64,000 bases of DNA, from the NCBI GenBank assembly GCA_016699465.1, contig CP064977.1, positions 204,993 to 268,992 of the forward strand. The letters are read 5' to 3'. Origin of the DNA: Candidatus Campbellbacteria bacterium. GTDB lineage: Bacteria > Patescibacteriota > Minisyncoccia > Phycocordibacterales > EsbW-18. Of the stretch, positions 1 to 9,191 are shown one piece after another. Each line of letters begins with the position of its first letter. Within the stretch, counting starts at the first letter, position 1. The position numbers and the translations under genes were made by a program. Below the pieces are notes generated by a model. That model did no database searches. It was given only the letters and a program-made list of their open reading frames with translations, and had not been told where the DNA came from.

Positions 1-37
1 ACTTCATCATGAGTTCTGGGCAGGAGGTGGGCATGGG

Positions 38-940
38 TTAGGGGGTGGGTTTGATTGTTATATGTGGGTACTTCGCGCGTAGTGTGTCTCGTTCGGTGGA
101 GGTGAGTTTCTCGAGGTAGAGACCACCACCTATGGATTGTGGGAGGATGAGACCTTCTGCGGAGGTGAGATTGTTGAGGTTGAGGAAACCACCTATGGAA
201 TGTGGGAGGATGAGACCTTCTGCTGAGGTGAGATTGTCGAGGTTGAGGCCGCCATCGATTGCATGTGGGAGGATGAGACCTTCTGCGGAGGTGAGGTTGT
301 TGAGGTAGAGATTACCACCAATGGAGTGTGGAAGTGTGAGACCTTCTGCGGAGGTGAGTTTCTCGAGGTAGAGACTGCCACCGATTGTATGTGGAAGGAT
401 GAGACCTTCTGCGGAGGTGAGACTCTCGAGGTCGAGATAGCCACCAATTGCGTGTGGAAGGATGAGACCTTCTGCGGAGGTGAGTCTGCCGAGGTAGAGA
501 TAGCCACCGATTGTATGTGGGAGGATGAGACCCTCTGCGGAGGTGAGGTTCTTGAGGTAGAGACCACACTTTTTGAGTACCGCAGTCATAGCAAGAGCTT
601 TGTTGAGTTCGGGAGTTGGTTGTATGGTGGAAAACCCAATCCACGATATGTGTTCGTGTTCGAATTGAAACTTAACGTCCTTACCCACCAAACCACGTAT
701 ACGTGTTCCTGCTTCTGCTTCAATACGAGGGAGGGCGTGTTCTTCAAAGGTAACCGGTTCGTATGCGTAGGTGAGGTACTCTTGTTGGAGGTGTGTGATG
801 TTTTGTTGTGCTGTGCGTACCGCTTCGTGTGCATCGGGTGTTCCTTCGTGCATGAGGGTGTCCGCTGCCTGTCGCAGAGTAGCAACCGCGTCTTTCCACG
901 CGTGGTACTTCATCATGAGTTCTGGGCAGGAGGTGGGCAT
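38..940 (-). CDS. Repeat-family paralog (conserved N-domain, 7 x 21-aa LTSAEGLxLPHxIGGxLxL repeats, conserved C-tag); function unknown.
   Basis: Full-length ORF in the same frame logic as the 5 neighbours. N-terminal 125 aa are >90% identical between copies. No signal peptide is visible. Confidence 0.7.
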   Translation of the reverse strand: MPTSCPELMMKYHAWKDAVATLRQAADTLMHEGTPDAHEAVRTAQQNITHLQQEYLTYAYEPVTFEEHALPRIEAEAGTRIRGLVGKDVKFQFEHEHISWIGFSTIQPTPELNKALAMTAVLKKCGLYLKNLTSAEGLILPHTIGGYLYLGRLTSAEGLILPHAIGGYLDLESLTSAEGLILPHTIGGSLYLEKLTSAEGLTLPHSIGGNLYLNNLTSAEGLILPHAIDGGLNLDNLTSAEGLILPHSIGGFLNLNNLTSAEGLILPQSIGGGLYLEKLTSTERDTLRAKYPHITIKPTP

Positions 941-943
941 AGG

Positions 944-2032
944 TTAGGGGGTTGGTTTGATTGTTATATGTGGGTACTTCGCGCGCAAGATGTCTCGTTC
1001 GGTTGAGGTGAGAGCATGGAGAACGAGGTCACCACCGATTGTATGTGGGAGGATGAGACCTTCTGCGGAGGTGAGGTTCCAGAAGTTAAGACTACCACCG
1101 ATTGTGTGTGGGAGTGTGAGACCTTCTGCGGAGGTGAGGCTGCCGAGGTTAAGACTGCCACCGATTGTGTGTGGGAGGATGAGACCTTTTGTGGAGGTGA
1201 GTTTCTCGAGGTTGAGGCCGCCATCGATTGTATGTGGGAGGATGAGACCTTCTGCGGAGGTGAGATTGTTGAGATAAAGGCCACCGATTGTATGTGGGAG
1301 TGTGAGACCTTCTGCGGAGGTGAGGTTGTTAAGGTAGAGGTCACCACCAATGGAGCGCGGAAGTGTGAGACCTTCTGCTGAGGTGAGATTGTCGAGATAG
1401 AGTCCACCACCAATGGAGTGCGGAAGTGTGAGACCTTCTGCTGAGGTGAGATTGTTGAGGAAGAGGTTGCCACCAATGGAGTGTGGGAGGATGAGACCTT
1501 CTGCGGAGGTGAGGCGGTTGAGGTAGAGGCCACCACCGATTGCGTGTGGGAGTGTGAGACCTTCTGCGAAGGTGAGACTCCTGAGGTCGAGGCCGCCACC
1601 AATGGAGTGTGGAAGAATGAGACCTTCTGCGGAGATGAGGTTGTTGAGGTAGAGGTCACACTTTTTGAGTACCGCAGTCATAGCAAGAGCTTTGTTGAGT
1701 TCGGGAGTTGGTTGTGTGGTGGAAAACCCAATCCACGATATGTGTTCGTGTTCAAAACCAAACCTAACGTCCCCACCCATCAAACCACGTATACGTGTTC
1801 CTGCTTCTGCTTCAATACGAGGGAGGGTGTGTTCTTCAAAGGTAACCGGTTCGTATGCGTAGGTGAGGTACTCTTGTTGGAGGTGTGTGATGTTTTGTTG
1901 TGCTGTGCGTACCGCTTCGTGTGCATCGGGTGTTCCTTCGTGCATGAGGGTGTCCGCTGCCTGTCGCAGAGTAGCAACCGCGTCTTTCCACGCGTGGTAC
2001 TTCATCATGAGTTCTGGGCAGGAGGTGGGCAT
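944..2032 (-). CDS. Repeat-family paralog, about 10 repeats.
   Basis: Same N- and C-terminal modules as the other copies, with an expanded repeat block. Confidence 0.7.
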   Translation of the reverse strand: MPTSCPELMMKYHAWKDAVATLRQAADTLMHEGTPDAHEAVRTAQQNITHLQQEYLTYAYEPVTFEEHTLPRIEAEAGTRIRGLMGGDVRFGFEHEHISWIGFSTTQPTPELNKALAMTAVLKKCDLYLNNLISAEGLILPHSIGGGLDLRSLTFAEGLTLPHAIGGGLYLNRLTSAEGLILPHSIGGNLFLNNLTSAEGLTLPHSIGGGLYLDNLTSAEGLTLPRSIGGDLYLNNLTSAEGLTLPHTIGGLYLNNLTSAEGLILPHTIDGGLNLEKLTSTKGLILPHTIGGSLNLGSLTSAEGLTLPHTIGGSLNFWNLTSAEGLILPHTIGGDLVLHALTSTERDILRAKYPHITIKPTP

Positions 2033-2035
2033 AGG

Positions 2036-3064
2036 TTAGGGGGTTGGTTTGATTGTTATATGTGGGTACTTCGCGCGCAAGATGTCTCGTTCGGTGGAGG
2101 TGAGTTTGCTGAGATAAAGGCTACCACCAATGGAGTGTGGGAGGATGAGACCTTCTACTGAGGTGAGACTGCCGAGGTAGAGATATCCACCGATTGTATG
2201 TGGGAGGATGAGACCTTCTACTGAGGTGAGGTTGTCGAGACTGAGATATCCACCAATTGCGCGTGGAAGGATGAGACCTTCTGCGGAGGTGAGTTTCTCG
2301 AGGTTGAGGCCGCCACCGATAGATTGTGGGAGGATGAGGTCTTTGGCGGAGGTGAGGTTCCAGAGGTTAAGACTGCCACCGATGGATTGTGGGAGGATGA
2401 GACCTTCTGCGGAGGTGAGGCGATTGAGGTAGAGGTCACCACCAATGGAGTGCGGAAGTGTGAGACCTTCTGCGGAGGTGAGGCGGTCGAGGTAGAGACC
2501 ACCACCGATTGTATGTGGGAGTGTGAGACCTTCTGCGGAGGTGAGATTGCTGAGGTCGAGATACCCACCAATTGAGTGTGGGAGTGTGAGACCTTCTGCG
2601 GAGGTGAGACCCCTGAGGTTGAGGCCGCCACCGATTGTATGTGGGAGTGTGAGACCTTCTGCGAAGGTGAGGTTCCTGAGGTCGAGGCCACACTTTTTGA
2701 GTACCGCAGTCATAGCAAGAGCTTTGTTGAGTTCGGGAGTTGGTCGTGTGGTGAAAAACCTAATCCACGATATGTGTTCGTGTTCAAAACCAAACCTAAC
2801 GTCCTTACCCATCAAACCACGTATACGTGCTCCTGCTTCTGCTTCAATACGAGGGAGGGTGTGTTCTTCAAAGGTAACCGGTTCGTATGCGTAGGTGAGG
2901 TACTCTTGTTGGAGGTGTGTGGTGTTTTGTTGTGCTGTGCGTACCGCTTCGTGTGCATCGGGTGTTCCTTCGTGCATGAGGGTGTCCGCTGCCTGTCGCA
3001 GAGTAGCAACCGCGTCTTTCCACGTGTGGTACTTCATCATGAGTTCTGGGCAGGAGGTGGGCAT
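2036..3064 (-). CDS. Repeat-family paralog, about 9 repeats.
   Basis: Same architecture as the other copies. Confidence 0.7.
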   Translation of the reverse strand: MPTSCPELMMKYHTWKDAVATLRQAADTLMHEGTPDAHEAVRTAQQNTTHLQQEYLTYAYEPVTFEEHTLPRIEAEAGARIRGLMGKDVRFGFEHEHISWIRFFTTRPTPELNKALAMTAVLKKCGLDLRNLTFAEGLTLPHTIGGGLNLRGLTSAEGLTLPHSIGGYLDLSNLTSAEGLTLPHTIGGGLYLDRLTSAEGLTLPHSIGGDLYLNRLTSAEGLILPQSIGGSLNLWNLTSAKDLILPQSIGGGLNLEKLTSAEGLILPRAIGGYLSLDNLTSVEGLILPHTIGGYLYLGSLTSVEGLILPHSIGGSLYLSKLTSTERDILRAKYPHITIKPTP

Positions 3065-3067
3065 GGG

Positions 3068-3970
3068 TTAGGGGGTGGGTTTGATTGTTATATGTGGGTA
3101 CTTGGCGCGTAGTGTGTCTCGTTCGGTTGAGGTGAGTTTGCTGAGATAAAGGCTACCACCAATGGAGTGTGGGAGCGTGAGGCCTTCTGCGGAGGTGAGG
3201 CGGTCGAGGTAGAGGTCACCACCGATTGTATGTGGGAGGATGAGACCTTCTGCGGAGGTGAGATTGTCGAGACTGAGATATCCACCAATTGTGCGTGGGA
3301 GCGTGAGACCTTCTGCGGAGGTGAGGCGGTCGAGGTAAAGATTGCCACCGATTGTGTGTGGGAGTGTGAGACCTTCTGCGGAGGTGAGGTTCTCGAGGTT
3401 GAGGCCGCCATCGATTGTATGTGGGAGGATGAGACCTTCTGCGGAGGTGAGATTGTCGAGGTTAAGACTGCCACCGATTGTATGTGGGAGGATGAGACCT
3501 TTTGTGGAGGTGAGGTTGCCGAGGTCGAGATACCCACCAATTGAGTGTGGGAGTGTGAGACCTTCTGCGGAGGTGAGGTTCCTGAGGTAGAGGCCATACT
3601 TTTTGAGTACCACCATCATGGCAAGAGCTTTGTTGAGTTCGGGAGTTGGTCGTGTGGTGGAAAACCTAATCCACGATATGTGTTCCTGTGCAAATTCAAA
3701 GTTGGCTTCCTCACCCATCAAACCACGTATACGTGTTCCTGCTTCTGCTTCAATACGAGGGAGGGTGTGTTCTTCAAAGGTAACCGGTTCGTATGCGTAG
3801 GTGAGGTACTCTTGTTGGAGGTGTGTGGTGTTTTGTTGTGCTGTGCGTACCGCTTCGTGTGCATCGGGTGTTCCTTCGTGCATGAGGGTGTCCGCTGCCT
3901 GTCGCAGAGTAGCAACCGCGTCTTTCCACGTGTGGTACTTCATCATGAGTTCTGGGCAGGAGGTGGGCAT
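3068..3970 (-). CDS. Repeat-family paralog, about 7 repeats.
   Basis: Same architecture as the other copies. Confidence 0.7.
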   Translation of the reverse strand: MPTSCPELMMKYHTWKDAVATLRQAADTLMHEGTPDAHEAVRTAQQNTTHLQQEYLTYAYEPVTFEEHTLPRIEAEAGTRIRGLMGEEANFEFAQEHISWIRFSTTRPTPELNKALAMMVVLKKYGLYLRNLTSAEGLTLPHSIGGYLDLGNLTSTKGLILPHTIGGSLNLDNLTSAEGLILPHTIDGGLNLENLTSAEGLTLPHTIGGNLYLDRLTSAEGLTLPRTIGGYLSLDNLTSAEGLILPHTIGGDLYLDRLTSAEGLTLPHSIGGSLYLSKLTSTERDTLRAKYPHITIKPTP

Positions 3971-3973
3971 GGG

Positions 3974-4939
3974 TTAGGGGGTGGGTTTGATTGTTATATG
4001 TGGGTACTTGGCGCGTAGTGTGTCTCGTTCGGTTGAGGTGAGTTTGCTGAGATAAAGGCTACCACCAATGGAGTGTGGGAGCGTGAGGCCTTCTGCGGAG
4101 GTGAGGCGGTCGAGGTAGAGGTCACCACCGATTGTATGTGGGAGGATGAGACCTTCTGCGGAGGTGAGACTTCCGAGGTCGAGGAAACCACCAATAGAGT
4201 GTGGAAGTGTCAGACCTTCTGCGGAGGTGAGGTTCTCGAGGTTGAGGCCGCCATCGATTGTATGTGGGAGGATGAGACCTTCTGCTGAGGTGAGATTGTC
4301 GAGACTGAGATATCCACCAATTGTGCGTGGGAGCGTGAGACCTTCTGCGGAGGTGAGGTTCTCGAGGTTGAGGCCGCCATCGATTGTATGTGGGAGGATG
4401 AGACCTTCTGCGGAGGTGAGATTGTCGAGGAAGAGGCCACCACCAATGGAGTGCGGAAGTGTGAGACCTTCTGCTGAGGTGAGGTCGCCGAGATTGAGAT
4501 ATCCGCCGATGGATTGTGGGAGGATGAGACCTTCTGCGGAGGTGAGACTCTCGAGGTCGAGGCCACACTTTTTGAGTACCACCATCATGGCAAGAGCTTT
4601 GTTGAGTTCGGGAGTTGGTTGTATGGTGGAAAACCCAATCCACGATATGTGTTCGTGTTCAAAACCAAACCTAACGTCCTTACCAATCAAACCACGTATA
4701 CGTGTTCCTGCTTCTGCTTCAATACGAGGGAGGGCGTGTTCTTCAAAGGTAACCGGTTCGTATGCGTAGGTGAGGTACTCTTGTTGGAGGTGTGTGATGT
4801 TTTGTTGTGCTGTGCGTACCGCTTCGTGTGCATCGGGTGTTCCTTCGCGCATGAGGGTGTCCGCTGCCTGTCGCAGAGTAGCAACCGCGTCTTTCCACGC
4901 GTGGTACTTCATCATGAGTTCTGGGCAGGAGGTGGGCAT
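3974..4939 (-). CDS. Repeat-family paralog, about 8 repeats.
   Basis: Same architecture as the other copies. Confidence 0.7.
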   Translation of the reverse strand: MPTSCPELMMKYHAWKDAVATLRQAADTLMREGTPDAHEAVRTAQQNITHLQQEYLTYAYEPVTFEEHALPRIEAEAGTRIRGLIGKDVRFGFEHEHISWIGFSTIQPTPELNKALAMMVVLKKCGLDLESLTSAEGLILPQSIGGYLNLGDLTSAEGLTLPHSIGGGLFLDNLTSAEGLILPHTIDGGLNLENLTSAEGLTLPRTIGGYLSLDNLTSAEGLILPHTIDGGLNLENLTSAEGLTLPHSIGGFLDLGSLTSAEGLILPHTIGGDLYLDRLTSAEGLTLPHSIGGSLYLSKLTSTERDTLRAKYPHITIKPTP

Positions 4940-4942
4940 AGG

Positions 4943-5719
4943 TTAGGGGGTGGGTTTGATTGTTATATGTGGGTACTTCGCGCGTAGTGTGTCTCGTTCT
5001 GCGGAGGTGAGGCTGCCGAGGTAGAGGTCACCACCGATTGTATGTGGGAGGATGAGACCTTCTGCTGAGGTGAGACTACTGAGGTCGAGGAAACCACCTA
5101 TGGAATGTGGGGGGATGAGACCTTCTGCGGAGGTGAGACGGTTGAGGTAGAAATTGCCACCGATTGTATGTGGGAGTGTGAGACCTTCTGCGGAGGTGAG
5201 GTTGTTGAGGTAGAGATTACCACCAATGGAGTGTGGAAGTGTGAGACCTTCTGCGGAGGTGAGGTTGTTGAGGTAGAGATTACCACCAATGGAGTGTGGA
5301 AGTGTGAGACCTTCTGCGGAGGTGAGGTTCCAGAGGTCGAGGCCACACTTTTTGAGTACCACCATCATGGCAAGAGCTTTGTTGAGTTCGGGAGTTGGTT
5401 GTGTAGCGGAAAACCCAACCCGCGATATGTGTTCGTGTTCAAAACCAAACCTAACGTCCTTACCCATCAAACCACGTATACGTGTTCCTGCTTCTGCTTC
5501 AATACGAAAGAGGGTGTGTTCTTCAAAGGTAACCGGTTCGTATGCGTAGGTGAGGTACTCTTGTTGGAGGTGTGTGGTGTTTTGTTGTGCTGTGCGTACC
5601 GCTTCGTGTGCATCGGGTGTACCTTCGTGCATGAGGGTGTCCGCTGCCTGTCGCAGAGTAGCAACCGCGTCTTTCCACGCGTGGTACTTCATCATGAGTT
5701 CTGGGCAGGAGGTGGGCAT
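4943..5719 (-). CDS. Repeat-family paralog, about 5 repeats; first gene of the array, next to a divergent promoter region.
   Basis: Same architecture. An intergenic region at 5720-5950 is shared with the divergent dnaE. Confidence 0.7.
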   Translation of the reverse strand: MPTSCPELMMKYHAWKDAVATLRQAADTLMHEGTPDAHEAVRTAQQNTTHLQQEYLTYAYEPVTFEEHTLFRIEAEAGTRIRGLMGKDVRFGFEHEHISRVGFSATQPTPELNKALAMMVVLKKCGLDLWNLTSAEGLTLPHSIGGNLYLNNLTSAEGLTLPHSIGGNLYLNNLTSAEGLTLPHTIGGNFYLNRLTSAEGLIPPHSIGGFLDLSSLTSAEGLILPHTIGGDLYLGSLTSAERDTLRAKYPHITIKPTP

Positions 5720-5951
5720 GGGTTAGGAAATAGTAACGTGAAATATACATAGAGTATACCGTAGGAAACGCACCTATAGAAGTAGAAGTCGAACTTCTGT
5801 GATTTCGCTACATTTTTCTTTTTTCCTTTCCCCACATACCAGCTACCACATACTATCTCTATTTGACAGCAAGCAGTAGAAACAGTCCCATATACACACG
5901 CTCGACAATCCACTCCTCATTTTGAACGTAAGAACGTACAATGAGGAACAT

Positions 5952-8900
5952 ATGACCGCCCCGTTTGTACACCTTCATACACATTCGCACTACTCTCTTC
6001 TTTCTGCACTTCCAAAGATTAAGAAACTTGTTGCTCGGGCTGTTGAGTTGCAAATGCCCGCACTCGCACTTACTGATAATGGAAATATGTACGGTGCGAT
6101 TGAATTTTACAAAGCGTGCCTTAAAGCTGAAATTAAACCAATTCTCGGTGTTGATTTTTATGTCGCCGCACGCACACGACATGACAAAGAACCGGGCATA
6201 GATGCTAAGCGCGATCGACTTGTACTTCTTGCAATGAATGACGTTGGATACAAAAATCTCATCAAACTGGTCACGTACTCACACACCGAAGGATTTTATT
6301 ATCGCCCACGCGTTGATCGAGAACTTCTTCAAAAATACCACGAGGGACTCATTGCTATTTTGCCTATTTTTAACGGTCCACTTTCAAATGCACTACGTAA
6401 TAACGATACCGAACGTCTGAACACCACTTTCTCTTTTTATCTTGAAACATTTGGAAAAGAAAATATTTATCTTGAAATTACACACCATCCCGATGTTGAT
6501 GGACACGAGGCGTTGGTTCAAAAAGTAATTGCATTCGGAAAAGAAACAAACACACCACTCATCGCCAGCAACGATGTCCACTACCTTTCACCTGACGACA
6601 TGATGGCACGCAAGACGCTCCTTTCTATTCAATCTGGTTCAGATTTCCGCGGAGGAGGATTCACATCATCTGAAGCAGACTTCTCATTCTTGTCACCAGA
6701 TGAAATGCAGAAACTTTTTAAAGACACACCTGAAGCACTGGAAAATACTCTCAACATTGCCGACCGGTGTCACATCGACATTCCTCTGGGCTCTTGGATG
6801 TTTCCAAATCTCGCACTTCCTGAAGGGGCAACGTACGAAAGTGAGCTCCGTACACGTGTTGATGAAGGATTCACACGACGCGAGCTTACTAAAACACCTG
6901 AGATACAACAGCGATTGGACTTTGAGCTCGATACTATTATTTCAAAAGGATACGCTCCATACTTTCTCGTTGTAGGAGACCTACTTGCATATGCTCGTGA
7001 ACACAAAATTTTGACCAACACTCGTGGTTCGGTTGCTGGATCACTCGTCTCATATGTCCTTGGTATCACAACTGTTAATCCACTTGAATACCAGCTCCCC
7101 TTCGAACGCTTTCTCAACCCTCTTCGTCCTTCACCTCCCGACATCGATCTAGATATTGCTGATAACAAACGCGACACCATGATTGCGTATGCTCGTGAAA
7201 AATACGGAGCAGATAATGTTGCACAAATTGGAACATTTGGAACGATGATGGCGCGTGGTGCGGTGCGTGACACTGCTCGTGCACTCGGCTTTGACTATGC
7301 TATTGGAGACCAAATTGCAAAGCTCATACCTATGGGTTCACAAGGATTTCCAATGAGTTTGGATCGTGCGATGAAAGATGAAAAAGATTTGAAAGCACTC
7401 TATGATCGAGATGAAGACGCCCAACGTATTATCGACATGGCAAAGAAAATTGAAGGATGTGCACGCCACATTTCCGTGCACGCTGCCGGCGTGGTCATCT
7501 CCCCTATTCCGCTCGTTGAGATTGTTCCAACACAATTTGATCCAAAAGGTGAAGGGAAACTCCTCACACAGTACGACATGCATGCCGTTGAAGATGTCGG
7601 GCTTCTCAAATTCGATTTCCTCGGACTCAAAAACCTCGCCATTCTCTCAGAGGCAATCCGTCGCGTACGAAAAATCTATGGCATTGAAATAGATGTCGAG
7701 ACACTTCCTATAGATGACAAAGAAACGTACGACATGCTTGCACGTGGAGACACAATGGCGGTCTTTCAACTCAGCGGTCAAGCCATGACACAATTTCTCA
7801 AAGAACTTCGCCCATCAAATATCCACGACATCAACGCTATGGTGGCCCTCTATCGACCTGGTCCAATGAATAACATTCCAGAGTACATCGCACGCAAACA
7901 TGGCAAAAAACCGGTCATCTACATGCATCCAAAAATGAAAAACTTCCTTGAACGTTCACACGGTATTCTTGTGTACCAGGACGACCTTATGTCCACAGCA
8001 CTCGAACTTGCGGGGTACACGTGGGAGACCGTGGACAAATTCCGTAAAGCAATCGGAAAGAAGATTCCTGAAGAAATGGCAAAACAACACGTCATCTTCG
8101 TGGAAGGTTGTGTCAAAAACTCTGGAATGACAACAACACAAGCTGAAGATATGTGGAAACTTTTTGAACCATTCCAAGGATATGGATTCAATAAAGCACA
8201 CGCTGCAAGTTACGGCCGACTTGCCTACCAAACAGCATACATGAAGGCACACTACCCAACAGCGTACATGGCAGCGGTGCTTTCGGCTGATGCGGGTGAC
8301 GTTGAAAAAATTTCTGAGCTCATCGCAGGATGTGTTGCTATGGGTATTGAAGTGCTCCCTCCTGATATCAATGAAAGTTTTGGAGCATTTTCTGTCGTAA
8401 CCAAAGATTTGACAACTGACGACACCGAAAAAATTCGATTTGGACTGTACTCAATTAAAAATCTTGGGGAAGGTATTTCAGATGTCATTATTGAAGAGCG
8501 AAAACAACATGGTCCGTACGAATCACTTGAAAATTTCCTTGATCGCATCCACGATCGCAACCTCAACAAAAAATCTCTTGAAGCACTTATTCAATCTGGT
8601 TCGCTCGACCGTTTTGGTGAACGCGGACACATGCTCGCAAATGTCAGTACCCTTCTCGCATTCAACAAAGAATCGTCCGCACGCGGAAAAGCACAAGACT
8701 CCCTCTTTGGCGGAGTGGAAAGCCCTTTTACATCACACATGCGCTTAGAAGATGCCCCTGCGGCAACACAGGCACAGAAACTTGCGTGGGAAAAAGCACT
8801 TCTTGGTTTGTACATTTCTGGTCATCCACTGGACGTACATAAAGCATTTTTAGAAAAAGTACCAACAAACGTAGAAAAAATAAAAACACTTCCCTCAGGT

Positions 8901-9188
8901 ATGACATCCGTGATCTATGGCCTCGTCGAAGATGTTCGCCCTATCATGACCAAGAAAAATGAAAAAATGGCGTTCGTACACATTAGCGATTACACAGGAA
9001 CACTTGAACTTGTTCTCTTTCCTAAAGTGTATGAAGAATATAAAAATCTACTCGTTGTCGGTAGTTGTGTGGGAGTTAAGGGGAAAATTTCTTTACGCAA
9101 CGGTGAAATCAGCATGCTTGCCGACAAAGTAAAACCTCTTGGTGATGGACTAGGTACACCGCCTCCACTACAAAAAATCGCCGAATAG
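5952..9188 (+). CDS. dnaE: DNA polymerase III alpha subunit.
   Basis: PHP-domain N-terminus (HLHTHSHYSLL), about 1078 aa and collinear with DnaE. RBS GAGGAA precedes the ATG at 5952; the ORF track begins at 5922. Confidence 0.9.
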   Translation: MTAPFVHLHTHSHYSLLSALPKIKKLVARAVELQMPALALTDNGNMYGAIEFYKACLKAEIKPILGVDFYVAARTRHDKEPGIDAKRDRLVLLAMNDVGYKNLIKLVTYSHTEGFYYRPRVDRELLQKYHEGLIAILPIFNGPLSNALRNNDTERLNTTFSFYLETFGKENIYLEITHHPDVDGHEALVQKVIAFGKETNTPLIASNDVHYLSPDDMMARKTLLSIQSGSDFRGGGFTSSEADFSFLSPDEMQKLFKDTPEALENTLNIADRCHIDIPLGSWMFPNLALPEGATYESELRTRVDEGFTRRELTKTPEIQQRLDFELDTIISKGYAPYFLVVGDLLAYAREHKILTNTRGSVAGSLVSYVLGITTVNPLEYQLPFERFLNPLRPSPPDIDLDIADNKRDTMIAYAREKYGADNVAQIGTFGTMMARGAVRDTARALGFDYAIGDQIAKLIPMGSQGFPMSLDRAMKDEKDLKALYDRDEDAQRIIDMAKKIEGCARHISVHAAGVVISPIPLVEIVPTQFDPKGEGKLLTQYDMHAVEDVGLLKFDFLGLKNLAILSEAIRRVRKIYGIEIDVETLPIDDKETYDMLARGDTMAVFQLSGQAMTQFLKELRPSNIHDINAMVALYRPGPMNNIPEYIARKHGKKPVIYMHPKMKNFLERSHGILVYQDDLMSTALELAGYTWETVDKFRKAIGKKIPEEMAKQHVIFVEGCVKNSGMTTTQAEDMWKLFEPFQGYGFNKAHAASYGRLAYQTAYMKAHYPTAYMAAVLSADAGDVEKISELIAGCVAMGIEVLPPDINESFGAFSVVTKDLTTDDTEKIRFGLYSIKNLGEGISDVIIEERKQHGPYESLENFLDRIHDRNLNKKSLEALIQSGSLDRFGERGHMLANVSTLLAFNKESSARGKAQDSLFGGVESPFTSHMRLEDAPAATQAQKLAWEKALLGLYISGHPLDVHKAFLEKVPTNVEKIKTLPSGMTSVIYGLVEDVRPIMTKKNEKMAFVHISDYTGTLELVLFPKVYEEYKNLLVVGSCVGVKGKISLRNGEISMLADKVKPLGDGLGTPPPLQKIAE

Positions 9189-9191
9189 CCC

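Larger units (their letters stand above)
1..5719 (-). repeat. Tandem array of at least 7 paralogous genes (21-aa leucine-rich-repeat family) with 63-bp internal periodicity; continues beyond the left window edge.
   Basis: Six complete minus-strand ORFs, each starting MPTSCPELMMKYH and ending RAKYPHITIKPTP, separated by exactly 3 bp. Bases 1-34 are the reverse complement of a seventh ATG-CCC-ACC-TCC-TGC start (MPTSCPELMMK). The motif gaccttctgcggaggtgag recurs every 63 nt. Confidence 0.85.

Noticed and set aside
1-5719. Possible CRISPR array suggested by regularly spaced repeats.
   Set aside because: The period is 63 bp of continuous coding sequence with no unique spacers, and the repeats are degenerate at the protein level. 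It is a protein-coding tandem repeat, not repeat-spacer architecture. No cas genes are present.
193-5752. Numerous plus-strand and alternative-frame ORFs overlapping the repeat array (for example 263..1006, 1481..2161, 4146..4769; MWEDETFCGGE... and ...PPQKVS... translations).
   Set aside because: They are shadow ORFs created by the 63-bp periodic repeat. Only the minus-strand frame yields six collinear proteins sharing the same N- and C-terminal modules.
5922-5951. Upstream start for dnaE (MNVRTYNEEH...).
   Set aside because: The GAGGAA Shine-Dalgarno sequence sits immediately before the second ATG (5952), and DnaE homologues begin near MTAPFVHLHTHS.
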